Assembly (NCBI GenBank): GCA_963741945.1
Contig: CAVUKA010000005.1
Location: 64,001 to 128,000 of the forward strand
DNA: 64,000 bases
Direction of reading: 5' to 3'
From: an uncultured Gemmatimonadales bacterium
GTDB taxonomy: Bacteria > Gemmatimonadota > Gemmatimonadetes > Longimicrobiales > RSA9
Position 1 is the stretch's first letter; each line of letters begins with the position of its first letter. The notes beneath the pieces were generated by a model. It made no database searches. It was not told the DNA's origin and saw only the letters and a program-made list of their open reading frames with translations. The position numbers and the translations under genes were made by a program. Positions 9,959 through 20,473 of the stretch are shown in pieces.

Positions 9959-10629
9959 TCCAGGCGCTCCGCCACGCGTGCCAGGTCCTCGTCGGCCCCG
10001 GCCACGAGGATCGTGTCCGACTCCTTGAGCGGAGCGTCCGGATCGGGGACGGGGGTGATCGTGTCGTTCAGGACGTCGTGCACCGCGAGCACGCTGATCC
10101 GATGGCGGCGGGGCAGCTCCAGCTGTCGCAGCGACTTGCCGATCCACCGCTCGGGCACGGCCAGCTCCTGGAGCGAGAAATCGCGCCCGAGGCGGATATA
10201 GTTGAGGATCTCCGTGCTGACGATCCGCTCGGCCAGCCGGATCGCGGACTCCCGCTCGGGGAAGATGGTCTCGGTGACACCGAGCTGGTCCATGATCCGG
10301 GCATGGTCGCGCGAGATCACCTTGGCGTAGATCTCCCGGACCCCCACGTCGCGCAATGCCATGATCGCGAGGACGGAGGCCGCGAGGTCGTGCCCGGTGG
10401 ACACGACTGCGGCGTCCGCGTCGTCGGCACCGACGCGCTCGAGGACGGCGCGCTGGCGGGCGTCGCCCACCACGGCGCGGGACACCTGCGACCCGATCCG
10501 GTCGATGGCATCCTCGTCCAGATCGATGGCCACCACGTCATGACCCTTCGCGTGCAGCGACTCGGCCACGCCGGAGCCGAAGTTCCCGAGGCCGATCACG
10601 ACGAATCGCTTGCGTCTGCGGGTGTTCAT
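9955..10629 (-). CDS. TrkA/KtrA-family K+ uptake regulatory subunit
   Basis: Rossmann motif VIGLGNFG plus an RCK_C domain; coupled to the adjacent TrkH-family gene. Confidence 0.9.
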   Translation of the reverse strand: MNTRRRKRFVVIGLGNFGSGVAESLHAKGHDVVAIDLDEDAIDRIGSQVSRAVVGDARQRAVLERVGADDADAAVVSTGHDLAASVLAIMALRDVGVREIYAKVISRDHARIMDQLGVTETIFPERESAIRLAERIVSTEILNYIRLGRDFSLQELAVPERWIGKSLRQLELPRRHRISVLAVHDVLNDTITPVPDPDAPLKESDTILVAGADEDLARVAERLE

Positions 10630-12083
10630 CCGATCACCACGTCTTCGTAGGAGTAGCGGAAGCGTCCGGCGCGGCCGGCCCGACGCGCGAGCGCGGCGGC
10701 GAACACCAGGGGGCCGACGCGCCCGACGAACATGAGCAGGACCGTGAGCGCGCGTCCGCTCGACGACAGGTGCGGCGTGGCCCCGAGCGAGAGCCCCACC
10801 GTGTTGAAGGCGCTCACCGCTTCGAACATGTGGGCCAGGAACGGCCCGCCGCCGTGCGCGACGCCGCCCAGCTCGGTGTGGGCGTACCCGAAAATGGCGA
10901 ACGTCACGACGGCGAACGCCAGGACGAAGAGCCCGACTGCACGCTGGATCGTCTCCTCGGGGACCGAGCGGCCCCAGATGGAGATGATCTGCTCACCCCG
11001 CAGGCGGGCGAGGGCGAGGAGCCCGATCAGGGCGAACGTCGTCGTCTTGATCCCCCCCGCCGTGGAGCCCGGGGAGCCCCCGATGGACATGAGGAGGATG
11101 GTGAGGAAGTTGGTGTCGTCGCCCGCCGCCGCGTAGTTGATGGTGTTGAATCCGGCCGTGCGCGCCGTGGCGCTCATGAAGAATGCGTTCGTCAGTCGAT
11201 CGCCGACGCCGAGCTGCGAGAGAACGCCGTTCCACTCGAACAGGAGGTAGAGCCCCGTGCCGGCCGCGAGCAGCACCGCCGTGGTCAGAAGGGTGAGGCG
11301 CGTGTGCAGCGAGAGCCGCATCCCCCGGGGGTCGCGCCAGGACCCGCGCCGCAGATAGAGCTCTTCCAGCACGAGGAAGCCGATGCCGCCGGCCACGATC
11401 AGCGCCGCGATGGTGAGGAGCGCCACTTCCGACCTCTGGACGCCCATGAGGGAGTCGGAGAACGTGGAGAAGCCGGCGTTGCAGAACGCGCTGATGGACT
11501 GGAAGACCGCGTGCCACGCCGCGCCCGTGATACCGAAGCGGGGCGCCCAGAGGACGTACAGGATCACGGCGCCCGCGGCCTCGAGGATGAACGCGAAGCG
11601 GAGGATGTCGAACGCCAGCTGCCGCCGGTCCAGCTCTTCGCCCAGCTCGATCTCCGCGCCCGTCAGCGCTTCATGCCGCAGCGAGAGCCGGCGGCCCAGC
11701 GCGAGGATGATGAACGTGGTGAACGTGATGATCCCGAGCCCGCCCAGCTGGATCAGCGCCAGGATCCAGAGCTGACCCCAGAACGTGAAGTATGTTGCCG
11801 TGTCCACCACGATCAGGCCGGTGACGCAGACCGCGCTGGTGGCGGTGAAGAGCGCGTCCAGCCATGACAGCGGCGCCCCCGTATAAAGGCCTGGAAGCAC
11901 TTTGAACCCCACGGTCCCGCCCAGGATCAGGAGCGCGAAGGAGGCGATGAACAGCTGCGGGGGAGTGAGCCGCTCCCAGACGCTGCGGCGCGCCTTCCCC
12001 CGGACTTCCCATTCGACGATGGTCGGCCAGCTCCCGGTCCTCACGGGCGCCGGACCTCCTTGATGGTTTCCATACGGCGCCAA
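10626..12083 (-). CDS. TrkH/KtrB-family K+ uptake membrane subunit (start uncertain)
   Basis: Pore motifs ATSAVCVTGL, SAFCNAGFS, TARTAGFN, SAFNTVGLS. Confidence 0.92.
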   Translation of the reverse strand: MAPYGNHQGGPAPVRTGSWPTIVEWEVRGKARRSVWERLTPPQLFIASFALLILGGTVGFKVLPGLYTGAPLSWLDALFTATSAVCVTGLIVVDTATYFTFWGQLWILALIQLGGLGIITFTTFIILALGRRLSLRHEALTGAEIELGEELDRRQLAFDILRFAFILEAAGAVILYVLWAPRFGITGAAWHAVFQSISAFCNAGFSTFSDSLMGVQRSEVALLTIAALIVAGGIGFLVLEELYLRRGSWRDPRGMRLSLHTRLTLLTTAVLLAAGTGLYLLFEWNGVLSQLGVGDRLTNAFFMSATARTAGFNTINYAAAGDDTNFLTILLMSIGGSPGSTAGGIKTTTFALIGLLALARLRGEQIISIWGRSVPEETIQRAVGLFVLAFAVVTFAIFGYAHTELGGVAHGGGPFLAHMFEAVSAFNTVGLSLGATPHLSSSGRALTVLLMFVGRVGPLVFAAALARRAGRAGRFRYSYEDVVIG

Positions 12084-12201
12084 GTCTGTATCGATCCGGG
12101 CAGCGTGGCAAGCGTCATCGTGCCCCTGGCCACCTCACCACGTTCCCGATAGCATGCACGCCAGCACGCTTCGCGATCCCGTCCCGAGAGAACCCGAGCC
12201 G

Positions 12202-13818
12202 ATGAAGGACATGCGACGGCGGCGCGCCCGAGAGCGCGCGGCCATCCCCCGCCCACTCCGGACCATTGCGGCCGTCGCCCTCCTGCTGCTCCCCCTCGCC
12301 GCCACACCGCGGGCCGCCACCGCCCAGGAGCAGAGCGACATCCACCTGCTGGGGCTGGAGCACAGCGGGGACCGGCTCGTCCTGGTCCAGGCGGCCCGCG
12401 CGGTCACGGATCGGACCGGGTACGACAATCAGCCGGCATTCACGCCCGACGGACGGGCCCTGCTCTACACCTCCATCCGCGACGGACAGGCGGACACCTA
12501 CCGCTACGACCTGGCCACCGGAGCCACCGTCCGGGTGACGCGGACCAGCCGCGAGTCGGAGTACTCCCCCACGCCGATTCCCGGAATGGACCGGTTCTCC
12601 GTGGTCCGCGTGGAAGCCGATTCCGCCCAGCGGCTCTGGTCGTTCGCAGCCGACGGAACGGACCCGCAGCTGCTCCTGGAGCGGGTCGACTCCGTGGGCT
12701 ACAACGCCTGGCTCACCCCCGAGCGCGTGGCGCTCTACATCCTGGGCGAGCCCGCCACGCTCCAGATCGTCGGCCTGGACAGTGGCGAGGAGCGGGTCGT
12801 GGCCGAACGGATCGGCCGCTCGATCCAGCCGGTGCCGGCGCGCAGCGCCGTCTCCTTCACCCAGGAGTCCGGCGGCCGCTGGTGGCTGCGCGAGCTGGAC
12901 ATGGACAGCGGCCGTCTCCGCACCCTCGCCCCGCTGCTCGGGGAAGACGAGTACCACGCCTGGACGCCCGACGGGACGGTCATCACCGCGCATGGCACGC
13001 GGATCTTCCAGCTCGAGGCGGCCACGCGGAGCTGGCGACCGGTGGGCGACCTCGCCCGCTTCGGGCTCCGCGACATTTCCCGGCTCGCCGTTTCACCGGA
13101 CGGGCGGCAGCTGGCGGTGGTGGCCGCCCGTCCGGAAGCACCGACGGTCGGGGGCGGACACGTCGCCACCGGCGACGGCACCATCTTCGCCTTCGCCACC
13201 GTGGTGTTCGGCTCGCTCCTCGCCATGGTCAATCCGCTGGGGGCGCTAACCATCTTCGTCGGCCTGACCAGCGGCCAGGCCCGGGGGCAGCGGGGCCGCA
13301 CTGCGCTGCTGGCTTGTGTCTCTGCGGCCGCGATCCTCCTGGTCTTCGCCCTCTTCGGCACCGCCATCCTGCGCTTCTTCGGGATCACGACCTACGCGTT
13401 CCGGATCGCCGGCGGCATCCTCTTCTTCGGCATCGGGTGGGACATGCTCCAGGCGCGCCGCTCCCGTTCGAAGACCACGGCGGAAGAAGAGGCGGAGAGC
13501 GCGGAGCGGGCGGACGTGGCCGTGGTGCCGCTGGGCATCCCCACACTGGCCGGGCCGGGCGCCATTACGACGGTGATCGCCCTCATGGGCCAGACCACCA
13601 GTCCGCTCCACGCAGGGATCGTCTATGCGGGAATCGCGGCGGTGCTCCTCGTGAGCCTCGTCGTCCTCCTGGCCGGACCCGGGCTGTTCCGGCTCCTGGG
13701 CCAGACCGGGATCAACGTCGTGACCCGGCTCATGGGACTGCTGGTGATGGTGGTCGGCGTCCAGTTCGTGCTGGATGGCCTGAGGACCGTTGTCATGGAG
13801 ATCCTCACGGCGGTCTAG
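12202..13818 (+). CDS. Fusion of an exported TolB/PD40-like beta-propeller and a MarC-family membrane protein
   Basis: Signal peptide, YDNQPAFTPDG and SRLAVSPDG repeats, then MarC motifs NPLG, AFRIAGGIL, PLGIPTLAGPGAI and TRLMGLL, all in one frame. Confidence 0.8.
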   Translation: MKDMRRRRARERAAIPRPLRTIAAVALLLLPLAATPRAATAQEQSDIHLLGLEHSGDRLVLVQAARAVTDRTGYDNQPAFTPDGRALLYTSIRDGQADTYRYDLATGATVRVTRTSRESEYSPTPIPGMDRFSVVRVEADSAQRLWSFAADGTDPQLLLERVDSVGYNAWLTPERVALYILGEPATLQIVGLDSGEERVVAERIGRSIQPVPARSAVSFTQESGGRWWLRELDMDSGRLRTLAPLLGEDEYHAWTPDGTVITAHGTRIFQLEAATRSWRPVGDLARFGLRDISRLAVSPDGRQLAVVAARPEAPTVGGGHVATGDGTIFAFATVVFGSLLAMVNPLGALTIFVGLTSGQARGQRGRTALLACVSAAAILLVFALFGTAILRFFGITTYAFRIAGGILFFGIGWDMLQARRSRSKTTAEEEAESAERADVAVVPLGIPTLAGPGAITTVIALMGQTTSPLHAGIVYAGIAAVLLVSLVVLLAGPGLFRLLGQTGINVVTRLMGLLVMVVGVQFVLDGLRTVVMEILTAV

Positions 13819-13852
13819 CCTTCGCCGGCCGCCGGTTCGCCATCACCGACGC

Positions 13853-16800
13853 CTACACCGTGATGCCGGTCTCACCCCACACCGGATCCCCCTTCATACC
13901 CGACGCCTCCAGCTCCTCCTGGATCGCGTGCTCCTTCTCGCTGGAGACGAAGCGGTGCTTCATCCATGTGCCGAAGTCATCGAGGAACGTGTAGGCCACC
14001 GGCACCACGATGAGCGTGAGCATGGTGGACGTGATCAGGCCTCCGATCACTGCGCGGGCCATCGGGGCCCGGAACCCGCCGCCTTCGCCCAGCCCCACAG
14101 CGATCGGCAGCATGCCGAAGATCATGGCCGCGGTGGTCATCATGATGGGCCGGAGCCGGACACGGCCGGCGTCGATGAGCGCGGTGCGCCGGTCCTTCCC
14201 GAGGGCGCGCCCCTCGTTTGCGTTGTCCACGAGCAGGATCGCGTTCTTGGTCACCAGCCCCATGAGCATGATCACCCCGATCATCGACATCATGTTCAGG
14301 GTGTCATTGGTGATCAGCAGCGCCAGGAGCACGCCGATGAGCGACAGCGGCAGGCTCACCATGATGGCCAGAGGCTGCGTGTAGCTCTCGAACTGGCTGG
14401 CCAGGATCAGGAAGATCAGGATGATGGCCAGGACCAGCGCCTCGATGACGTAGCCCACGGTCTCCTGGAGCTGCTCGGTCTCGCCGCCCAGCTGGGCCGA
14501 GTAGCCCGGGGGCATGGCCATCTGGCCGATGGTCTGCCGGATCTCCGATGACGCCTCCGCCACGGACAGGTCCGGCATCAGCCCGGCCGACACCGTGGCC
14601 ACCCGCTGCAGGTCCCGCCGGTCGATCTCCGCGGGCGCGGTCCCCCGCTCCACCGTGGCGATCTGCCCGAGCGGCACCGTGATGGCGGAGCCGTCGCGCT
14701 GCCGCATGGTGGTGGCGATGGGCAGCGTCAGCAGGTCCTCCAGCGACGCGCGCTGCGATGGCGCCACCTGAACCACCACGTCGCGCAGCTCGCCACTCGG
14801 ATCCTCCCACGTGGTGGCGGTCTGCCCCGCCAGGAGCGGGCGCACGGTGGCCGAAACCTGGCCCACGTCCAGCCCCAGCTTGTTCGCCACGTTCCGGTTC
14901 ACGTCGATCCGGTACTCGGGCCGCGGCTCGCCCATGGAGGTCTGCACATCCACCACGCCGGCGATCTGCTCCATCCGGCCCCCCAGGCTGTCGGACAGCT
15001 GCTGGAGCACGTCCACGTCGGGGCCCCGCACGTTCACCTGGATCGGCTGCTGGCCTCCCCCCATGCCACTGGCGGAGATCACGGCCGTCTTCATGCCGTA
15101 CAGCCCTTTCAGCTGCTCGCGCGCCGCGACCATCAGGTCATCCTGCGAGCGGTCCCGCTCCGACCGCGGGACCAGCGCCACGTACACGTTCCCGGAGGTG
15201 ACCGTGCCGGTGGCCCCGGCCCCGACCGTGGTGTACGTGTAGTCCACCCCATGGATGCCGCGCAGCACCTGGCTCAGCTGCTCGGACTTCTGGCGCGTGT
15301 AGTCGATGGACGACCCCTCGGGTGTCTCGAAGCTCACCGCGAACTCGCTGTTGTCCGCATCCGGCATGAATCCGCCACCGATGAACGGGAACAGCATGAA
15401 CGAGCCGAGGAACGCCGCCGTCGCGATCCCGGCGGTCGCGTAGCGGTGCCGGAGCGCCCAGCCGATCACGCCGCGATAGCGGTCGGCCTGACTGTCGAAC
15501 CAGCGATTGAAGGCGACGACGGGCCGCGTTGCCACGCGCCACACGCCGCGCGCCTCCTGGTGCGGCTCCACGCCCCACCACGCGGCCAGCATGGGCGTGA
15601 GCGTGAAGGAGACGAAGAGGGAGACGAGCACGGCGAAGGTGACCGTCAGCCCGAACTGGTAGAAGAACCGGCCGATGATCCCACCCATGAACGCCACGGG
15701 CACGAACACGGCCACGATGGAGAGCGTGGTGGCCATGACCGCCAGGAAGATCTCCCGCGTCCCCCACTTGGCCGCGTTGAAGTGGTTCTCTCCCATCTCG
15801 CGGTGCCGCACGATGTTCTCGATCACCACGATGGCGTCATCGATCAGGATCCCAATGGACAGGGAGAGCGCCATCAGCGTGATCATGTTGAGCGTGAAGC
15901 CCAGCGCGTTCATGAGGATGAACGAGCTGATCACGGAAACGGGCAGCGCCATGGACGTGATGGCCGTGGCCTTCCAGTCGTTCAGGAACAGCATGACCAC
16001 GAGCACGGTGAGCAGCGCACCCAGGATCAGCTCGTGGATGACGTCGTTCACCATGGTCCGGATCGACTCGGAATTGTCCCGGACGATCTGAACCTGCGTG
16101 TTCGCCGGCAGCGACTGGTCGATCCGCTCCAGCTCGGCCTTCACATCCTCCGCGACGCGCACCGTGTTCGCGCCCGACACCTTGAGGATGTCCAGCGCCA
16201 CGGCCCGCTCCCCGTTCACGAACGCCAGCGAGCGCTCGTCTTCCGTGGCGTCCCGCACCGTGGCCACCTGACCGAGCCGCACCGGCTGGCCGTTGCGCGT
16301 GGCGATGATGATCTGTGCGAACTGGGCCGGATCCGTGATCCGCCCCGTGACGCGCACGAGCTGCTCACGCGCGCCGCGCTCCAGCCGCCCCGCCGGCACT
16401 TCGAGGTTCTGCCGCTGCAGCGCGCCCATGATCTCGTTGGCGGAAACGCCGAGCGACTGCATCGACCGCGGATCCAGGTTGATCCGGATCTCGCGGGCGA
16501 GTCCACCGGCGATCTGAACCTGGCCGACGCCGGAGACCGCCTCCAGGCGACGTCGCATGTCCTCGTCCGCCAGCCGCGTCAGTTCCGCCGCGCTCAGCCG
16601 GCTGGATGAGAGCGCCAGGGACAGGATCGGCTGCGCGGACGGGTCGAACGTCTGCACCACGGGAGGCTCGAGCTCGGTGGGCAGCGAACGCCGCACCGCA
16701 TCGATCTTGGCCCGGACATCCTGCGCCGCCTGCTCCGCCTTCCGGTCCAGGTCGAACTCGATGATGATCTGACTCACGCCCTCCAGTGACACGGACGTGA

Positions 16801-17089
16801 TCCGGTTCACCCCCTGCACCGGGTTGAATGCTTCCTCCAGCCGGCGTGTCACTTCCCGCTCCACCGCTTCCGGGCTCGCCCCCGGGTACACGGACTGCAC
16901 CACCACGATCGGGATGTCGATGTTCGGGAACTGGTCGATCGCCAGCTTGCGGAAACTGAAGATCCCGAGCACCACCAGCCCCATCATCACCATGCTCGTG
17001 AAGACCGGGCGCCGGATCGCGATCCCGCTCAGACCCCCACCCCCCTGCGCCGGGGCCGCGCCCCGGCCATCGTCACGCTGCTTCGACAT
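13853..17089 (-). CDS. RND efflux permease (AcrB/HAE1 family)
   Basis: IRRPV, YPGASPE, GILIDDAIVVIENI, KNAILLVD, RLRPIMMT. Confidence 0.95.
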   Translation of the reverse strand: MSKQRDDGRGAAPAQGGGGLSGIAIRRPVFTSMVMMGLVVLGIFSFRKLAIDQFPNIDIPIVVVQSVYPGASPEAVEREVTRRLEEAFNPVQGVNRITSVSLEGVSQIIIEFDLDRKAEQAAQDVRAKIDAVRRSLPTELEPPVVQTFDPSAQPILSLALSSSRLSAAELTRLADEDMRRRLEAVSGVGQVQIAGGLAREIRINLDPRSMQSLGVSANEIMGALQRQNLEVPAGRLERGAREQLVRVTGRITDPAQFAQIIIATRNGQPVRLGQVATVRDATEDERSLAFVNGERAVALDILKVSGANTVRVAEDVKAELERIDQSLPANTQVQIVRDNSESIRTMVNDVIHELILGALLTVLVVMLFLNDWKATAITSMALPVSVISSFILMNALGFTLNMITLMALSLSIGILIDDAIVVIENIVRHREMGENHFNAAKWGTREIFLAVMATTLSIVAVFVPVAFMGGIIGRFFYQFGLTVTFAVLVSLFVSFTLTPMLAAWWGVEPHQEARGVWRVATRPVVAFNRWFDSQADRYRGVIGWALRHRYATAGIATAAFLGSFMLFPFIGGGFMPDADNSEFAVSFETPEGSSIDYTRQKSEQLSQVLRGIHGVDYTYTTVGAGATGTVTSGNVYVALVPRSERDRSQDDLMVAAREQLKGLYGMKTAVISASGMGGGQQPIQVNVRGPDVDVLQQLSDSLGGRMEQIAGVVDVQTSMGEPRPEYRIDVNRNVANKLGLDVGQVSATVRPLLAGQTATTWEDPSGELRDVVVQVAPSQRASLEDLLTLPIATTMRQRDGSAITVPLGQIATVERGTAPAEIDRRDLQRVATVSAGLMPDLSVAEASSEIRQTIGQMAMPPGYSAQLGGETEQLQETVGYVIEALVLAIILIFLILASQFESYTQPLAIMVSLPLSLIGVLLALLITNDTLNMMSMIGVIMLMGLVTKNAILLVDNANEGRALGKDRRTALIDAGRVRLRPIMMTTAAMIFGMLPIAVGLGEGGGFRAPMARAVIGGLITSTMLTLIVVPVAYTFLDDFGTWMKHRFVSSEKEHAIQEELEASGMKGDPVWGETGITV

Positions 17090-17090
17090 C

Positions 17091-18215
17091 CTACCGCTCC
17101 CCTTCCGCCACCGGCGTCTTCGCTTCTCCAACCTGCACGGCCGCACCATCCCGGATCTCGCCCGGGCTCACGATCACGCTCTCCCCACCCTCGAGCCCTT
17201 CCTTGATCTCCGTGGTCCCCGCGGCCAGGTCGGTGCCACCCACCACCACCGGCTGGCGCACCGCCACACCGCCACGGATCACGAACACGTACTGCTCCTC
17301 CCCCTGGCCCCGCACCGCGCCCGTGGGCACCACCGCCCCCACTTCGCTCCCGCCCGTCAGGATCCTGCCCGTGGCGTACACGCCACCCACCAGGCTGCGG
17401 CCTTCGTTCGGCAGGCGAGCGTATACACCCACCTGCCGCGTACCGGGGTCGGCCGTGGGCTCCACTCGCGCCACCGTCCCGTCGAAGTGCCGCGACGGGA
17501 ACGCCGCGATCTGGAATACAACCGGCATGCCGGGGTGGATCTCCACCGCCTCGTTCACCCCGACCTGACCCGCCAGCTCCAGCTGCCTCGCGTCCACGAT
17601 GGTCAGAAGGGCCTGACCCGGATTCACGGCCTCCCCTGCACTCACCATCCGGTCGCTCACCTCGCCGGAGATCGGCGCCGTCACCGTGGCCCGGCGAGCC
17701 GACTCGCCGGCCCCCGCCGCCTGCGCCCGCGCCGCCGCCAGCTGCGCCTGCGCCGCCTCGAAGCCGGCCTGCGCCTGCTGGTACTCCAGGTCCGATACCG
17801 CACCCGCTTCATGCAGCTTGCGCGCGGACTCCAGCTGCCGCTGCGCCAGCGCCACCTGCGCCTGCGCCGCCGCCACACCGGCCCGGGCGCTCTCGGCCGC
17901 ACCGCGGATCCCCGCGGCCTCGATCCTCGCCAGCGGCTCGCCGGCTCGCACCGCGTCGCCCCGGTCCACGCGCAGACTCGTCACCGTACCCGGAACCTGG
18001 GCGCGCACCTCGACACGCCGGTACGGCTCCAGCGTGCCGCTCACGACCACGCCCGTCTGGAACGTGTCCACCTGCACCGTCGCGACGTCCTCCGGCGACA
18101 GCGCCACCACGGTCTGACCGCCGGCTTCCGCTTCCGCGTTGCCGTTCCCGCCACACGCCGCCACGCCCGCCAGCAGCGCGAGCAGCACCGCGCCGCCTTG
18201 GATCTTCGCCTTCAT
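17091..18215 (-). CDS. RND periplasmic adaptor (MFP) lipoprotein
   Basis: Lipobox VAAC, VRAQVPG, APISG, helical hairpin. Confidence 0.92.
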   Translation of the reverse strand: MKAKIQGGAVLLALLAGVAACGGNGNAEAEAGGQTVVALSPEDVATVQVDTFQTGVVVSGTLEPYRRVEVRAQVPGTVTSLRVDRGDAVRAGEPLARIEAAGIRGAAESARAGVAAAQAQVALAQRQLESARKLHEAGAVSDLEYQQAQAGFEAAQAQLAAARAQAAGAGESARRATVTAPISGEVSDRMVSAGEAVNPGQALLTIVDARQLELAGQVGVNEAVEIHPGMPVVFQIAAFPSRHFDGTVARVEPTADPGTRQVGVYARLPNEGRSLVGGVYATGRILTGGSEVGAVVPTGAVRGQGEEQYVFVIRGGVAVRQPVVVGGTDLAAGTTEIKEGLEGGESVIVSPGEIRDGAAVQVGEAKTPVAEGER

Positions 18216-18259
18216 TGCTCGCGTCATCCCGCGTCCCGGTCCATGATCGCTCCGCTCGC

Positions 18260-19750
18260 TCATCGCTCCACAATCTCCACGCCCTCACCCAGCGCCCGTT
18301 GCGCGCTCGCCAGCGCCACGTACACATCGTGATAGGCCTGCACATCGTTCAGCCGGGCCTGCTGCAGCGACAGACGCGCCTGCGACACCTCCAGCTGTGT
18401 GGCCAGTCCCTCCCGGAACCGCATCTCCGTCAGGTCGTACACCTTCTCCGCCTGCGCAACCGTGTGCCGCGCCGCCTGGATCTGGGCGCGCGCCCGCTCC
18501 AGCTCGCCCAGCGCCTGCTCGTATTGCACGCGGACGCTCTCCACCAGCTGCTTCTCCTGCAGCTGCGCTTCCCGCGCCTGCGCCTTCGCCGCGTCCACCT
18601 GCGCGTCACGAAGCGCCGCGAACACCGGCCACTTGATCGAGAATCCCACCGTCCAGTCGTCCCGCCAGTCGCCCGCGTTCGGGAACCGCATGCTCTGCGG
18701 GAACGCCTGCCGCGAGAGGTTCCCCGTCAGGGAGATCGTGGGGAAGTACGCCGCGCGTGCCATGTCCACCTGCTCCTCCCGGATCGCCACCTGCGACTCC
18801 ATGGCCCGAACCGACGCCCGCTGGTTCAGACGCTCGATCGCCTGGTCCAGCGCCGGCAGCCCCGCTTGGAACGCTTCCGCGCCCTGGGCCGGCACGATCG
18901 GCGTCGTCAGGTCCACCTCCGCGTCCAGCGGCAGGTTGATCAGCCGCTTCAGGTTGAGCATGGACAGCTCGACCGCGTTCTTCGCCTGCACCAGCTGAGG
19001 CCGCAGGTTCTCCAGCTCCACTTCCGCGCGCATCACGTCCAGCTCCGAGACGCGCCCCGCCTCGTATCGAAGCCGCACGTCGTCCCGGTGCTCCTGCGCC
19101 AGCTCCACGCTCGATTCGACGATCCGCACCGCCGACCGCGCCAGCGCCGCGTCGTAGTACGCCTGCTTCACCTGGAGCACCACCTCCCCCGCCGCATCCT
19201 CGTACGATGCCTCCGCCGCGGCCTCGTTGTGATGCGCCAGCTGAATCTCCGAGCGCACCCGCCCACCCGTGAACAACGGCTGCGAGAACGTCACCGACGC
19301 CAACCACGTGTTCTCGTTGCCGAACGGCAGGCCACTGAAAAGCTGGCCGAGGGCGCCATACGCCGCCAACGGCACCTTGTCCTCCAGGTAGCTCACCCGC
19401 TGCTCCAGCGGAGCGTTCGGGTTCGGGTCGAACTTCAGGCTGTCCGGCAGCGTGAACCCGCCCCCCACGTTCTGGAACACCGACTTCAGCGTCTTCGTGT
19501 AGCCCAGCTGCGCGCTCACCTCCGGGAGAACCGCCGCCCACGACTTTCTCGCCTGCGCCTGCGCGCCCGTCAACCGCGCCCGCGCCACACCCACTTCCTC
19601 GCTCTGGTCCAGCGCCAGCGACACCGCGTCGCCCACGCTCAGTGCCACCGCTCCCCGAGCCGTGTCCGCGGCCGCGGACGGCTCCTGCGCCACCACACCG
19701 CCAGCACCGCCGAGCAGCAGCACCACCACCCCTACCCACTTCTTGCCCAT
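18260..19750 (-). CDS. TolC-family outer membrane efflux protein
   Basis: Signal peptide, repeated OEP helices (SQPLFTGG, RYEAG, RFREG), operon context. Confidence 0.9.
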   Translation of the reverse strand: MGKKWVGVVVLLLGGAGGVVAQEPSAAADTARGAVALSVGDAVSLALDQSEEVGVARARLTGAQAQARKSWAAVLPEVSAQLGYTKTLKSVFQNVGGGFTLPDSLKFDPNPNAPLEQRVSYLEDKVPLAAYGALGQLFSGLPFGNENTWLASVTFSQPLFTGGRVRSEIQLAHHNEAAAEASYEDAAGEVVLQVKQAYYDAALARSAVRIVESSVELAQEHRDDVRLRYEAGRVSELDVMRAEVELENLRPQLVQAKNAVELSMLNLKRLINLPLDAEVDLTTPIVPAQGAEAFQAGLPALDQAIERLNQRASVRAMESQVAIREEQVDMARAAYFPTISLTGNLSRQAFPQSMRFPNAGDWRDDWTVGFSIKWPVFAALRDAQVDAAKAQAREAQLQEKQLVESVRVQYEQALGELERARAQIQAARHTVAQAEKVYDLTEMRFREGLATQLEVSQARLSLQQARLNDVQAYHDVYVALASAQRALGEGVEIVER

Positions 19751-19753
19751 GAC

Positions 19754-20248
19754 CTATGCCTTTCCGCCTTCGGTCCGCTCCCGACCCGGCGCATCCTCGT
19801 TCTCGAACTTCTCGCTCCACTCCCGCGCGGCACGCGACAGCGCTTCCACGATGTGCGTCTGGAACGCCAGCCACGTCTCCAGCCTCGACGTCACCACCGC
19901 GTCCGCGCCCGACGCCACTTTCAACGCGTCCGCAAGAAGATCCTGCGTGTCCCGCAGCTGCCGCAATCTCACTTCGAGCAGCTTCGCGTGCAGGTCCTCC
20001 GTGATCCGGTAGTAGTCCCGTCGGTCACCCGGGCGCGACGCACGCTCCACTACACCCGCGCGCTCCAGCAGCCGCGCGTTCGTGCTCGCGCTCGTCTTGC
20101 TCGCCAGCAGATCGTCCGCCATCTCGTCCAGCGACTTCGGCTCCCGCGCCAGAAGCAGGTAACCCAGGATCCGGCCCGCGATCCGAGGCAGCCCGTCCGC
20201 CTCGAACTTCAGCCCTGTCCGCTCGACGATCTCGTTCGCTCCGTCCAC
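19754..20248 (-). CDS. GbsR/MarR-family transcriptional regulator
   Basis: GLPRIAGRILGYLL, SKTSAST, PGDRRDYY. Confidence 0.85.
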   Translation of the reverse strand: MDGANEIVERTGLKFEADGLPRIAGRILGYLLLAREPKSLDEMADDLLASKTSASTNARLLERAGVVERASRPGDRRDYYRITEDLHAKLLEVRLRQLRDTQDLLADALKVASGADAVVTSRLETWLAFQTHIVEALSRAAREWSEKFENEDAPGRERTEGGKA

Positions 20249-20326
20249 TTCCTCGCCTCCACGACCGGTCCCCGCCCCGGCACCCCCTCCGGCCCGCGGC
20301 GGTCCGAACCCTAATGGTTTCCGTTC

Positions 20327-20344
20327 GTTCGGTCAACACCGAAC
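20327..20344. promoter_or_regulatory. Inverted repeat, candidate operator for the GbsR/MarR regulator
   Basis: GTTCGGT-caac-ACCGAAC in an AT-richer stretch about 80 bp upstream of the regulator start. Confidence 0.5.
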
Positions 20345-20412
20345 ATACCGTAACTACCGCTCCCGGAACCCGCACCCTGATTCCGGCCAACCGGGCGGCC
20401 GTTCCGGGACGC

Positions 20413-20451
20413 GGAAAGGCCCGGGCGGAGATGCTCCGCCCGGGCCTTTCC
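20413..20451 (-). terminator. Hairpin downstream of the ompA-family gene
   Basis: 18-bp perfect stem GGAAAGGCCCGGGCGGAG-atg-CTCCGCCCGGGCCTTTCC. Confidence 0.65.
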
Positions 20452-20473
20452 CGACTGGTGCCGGCAGTCCGGA

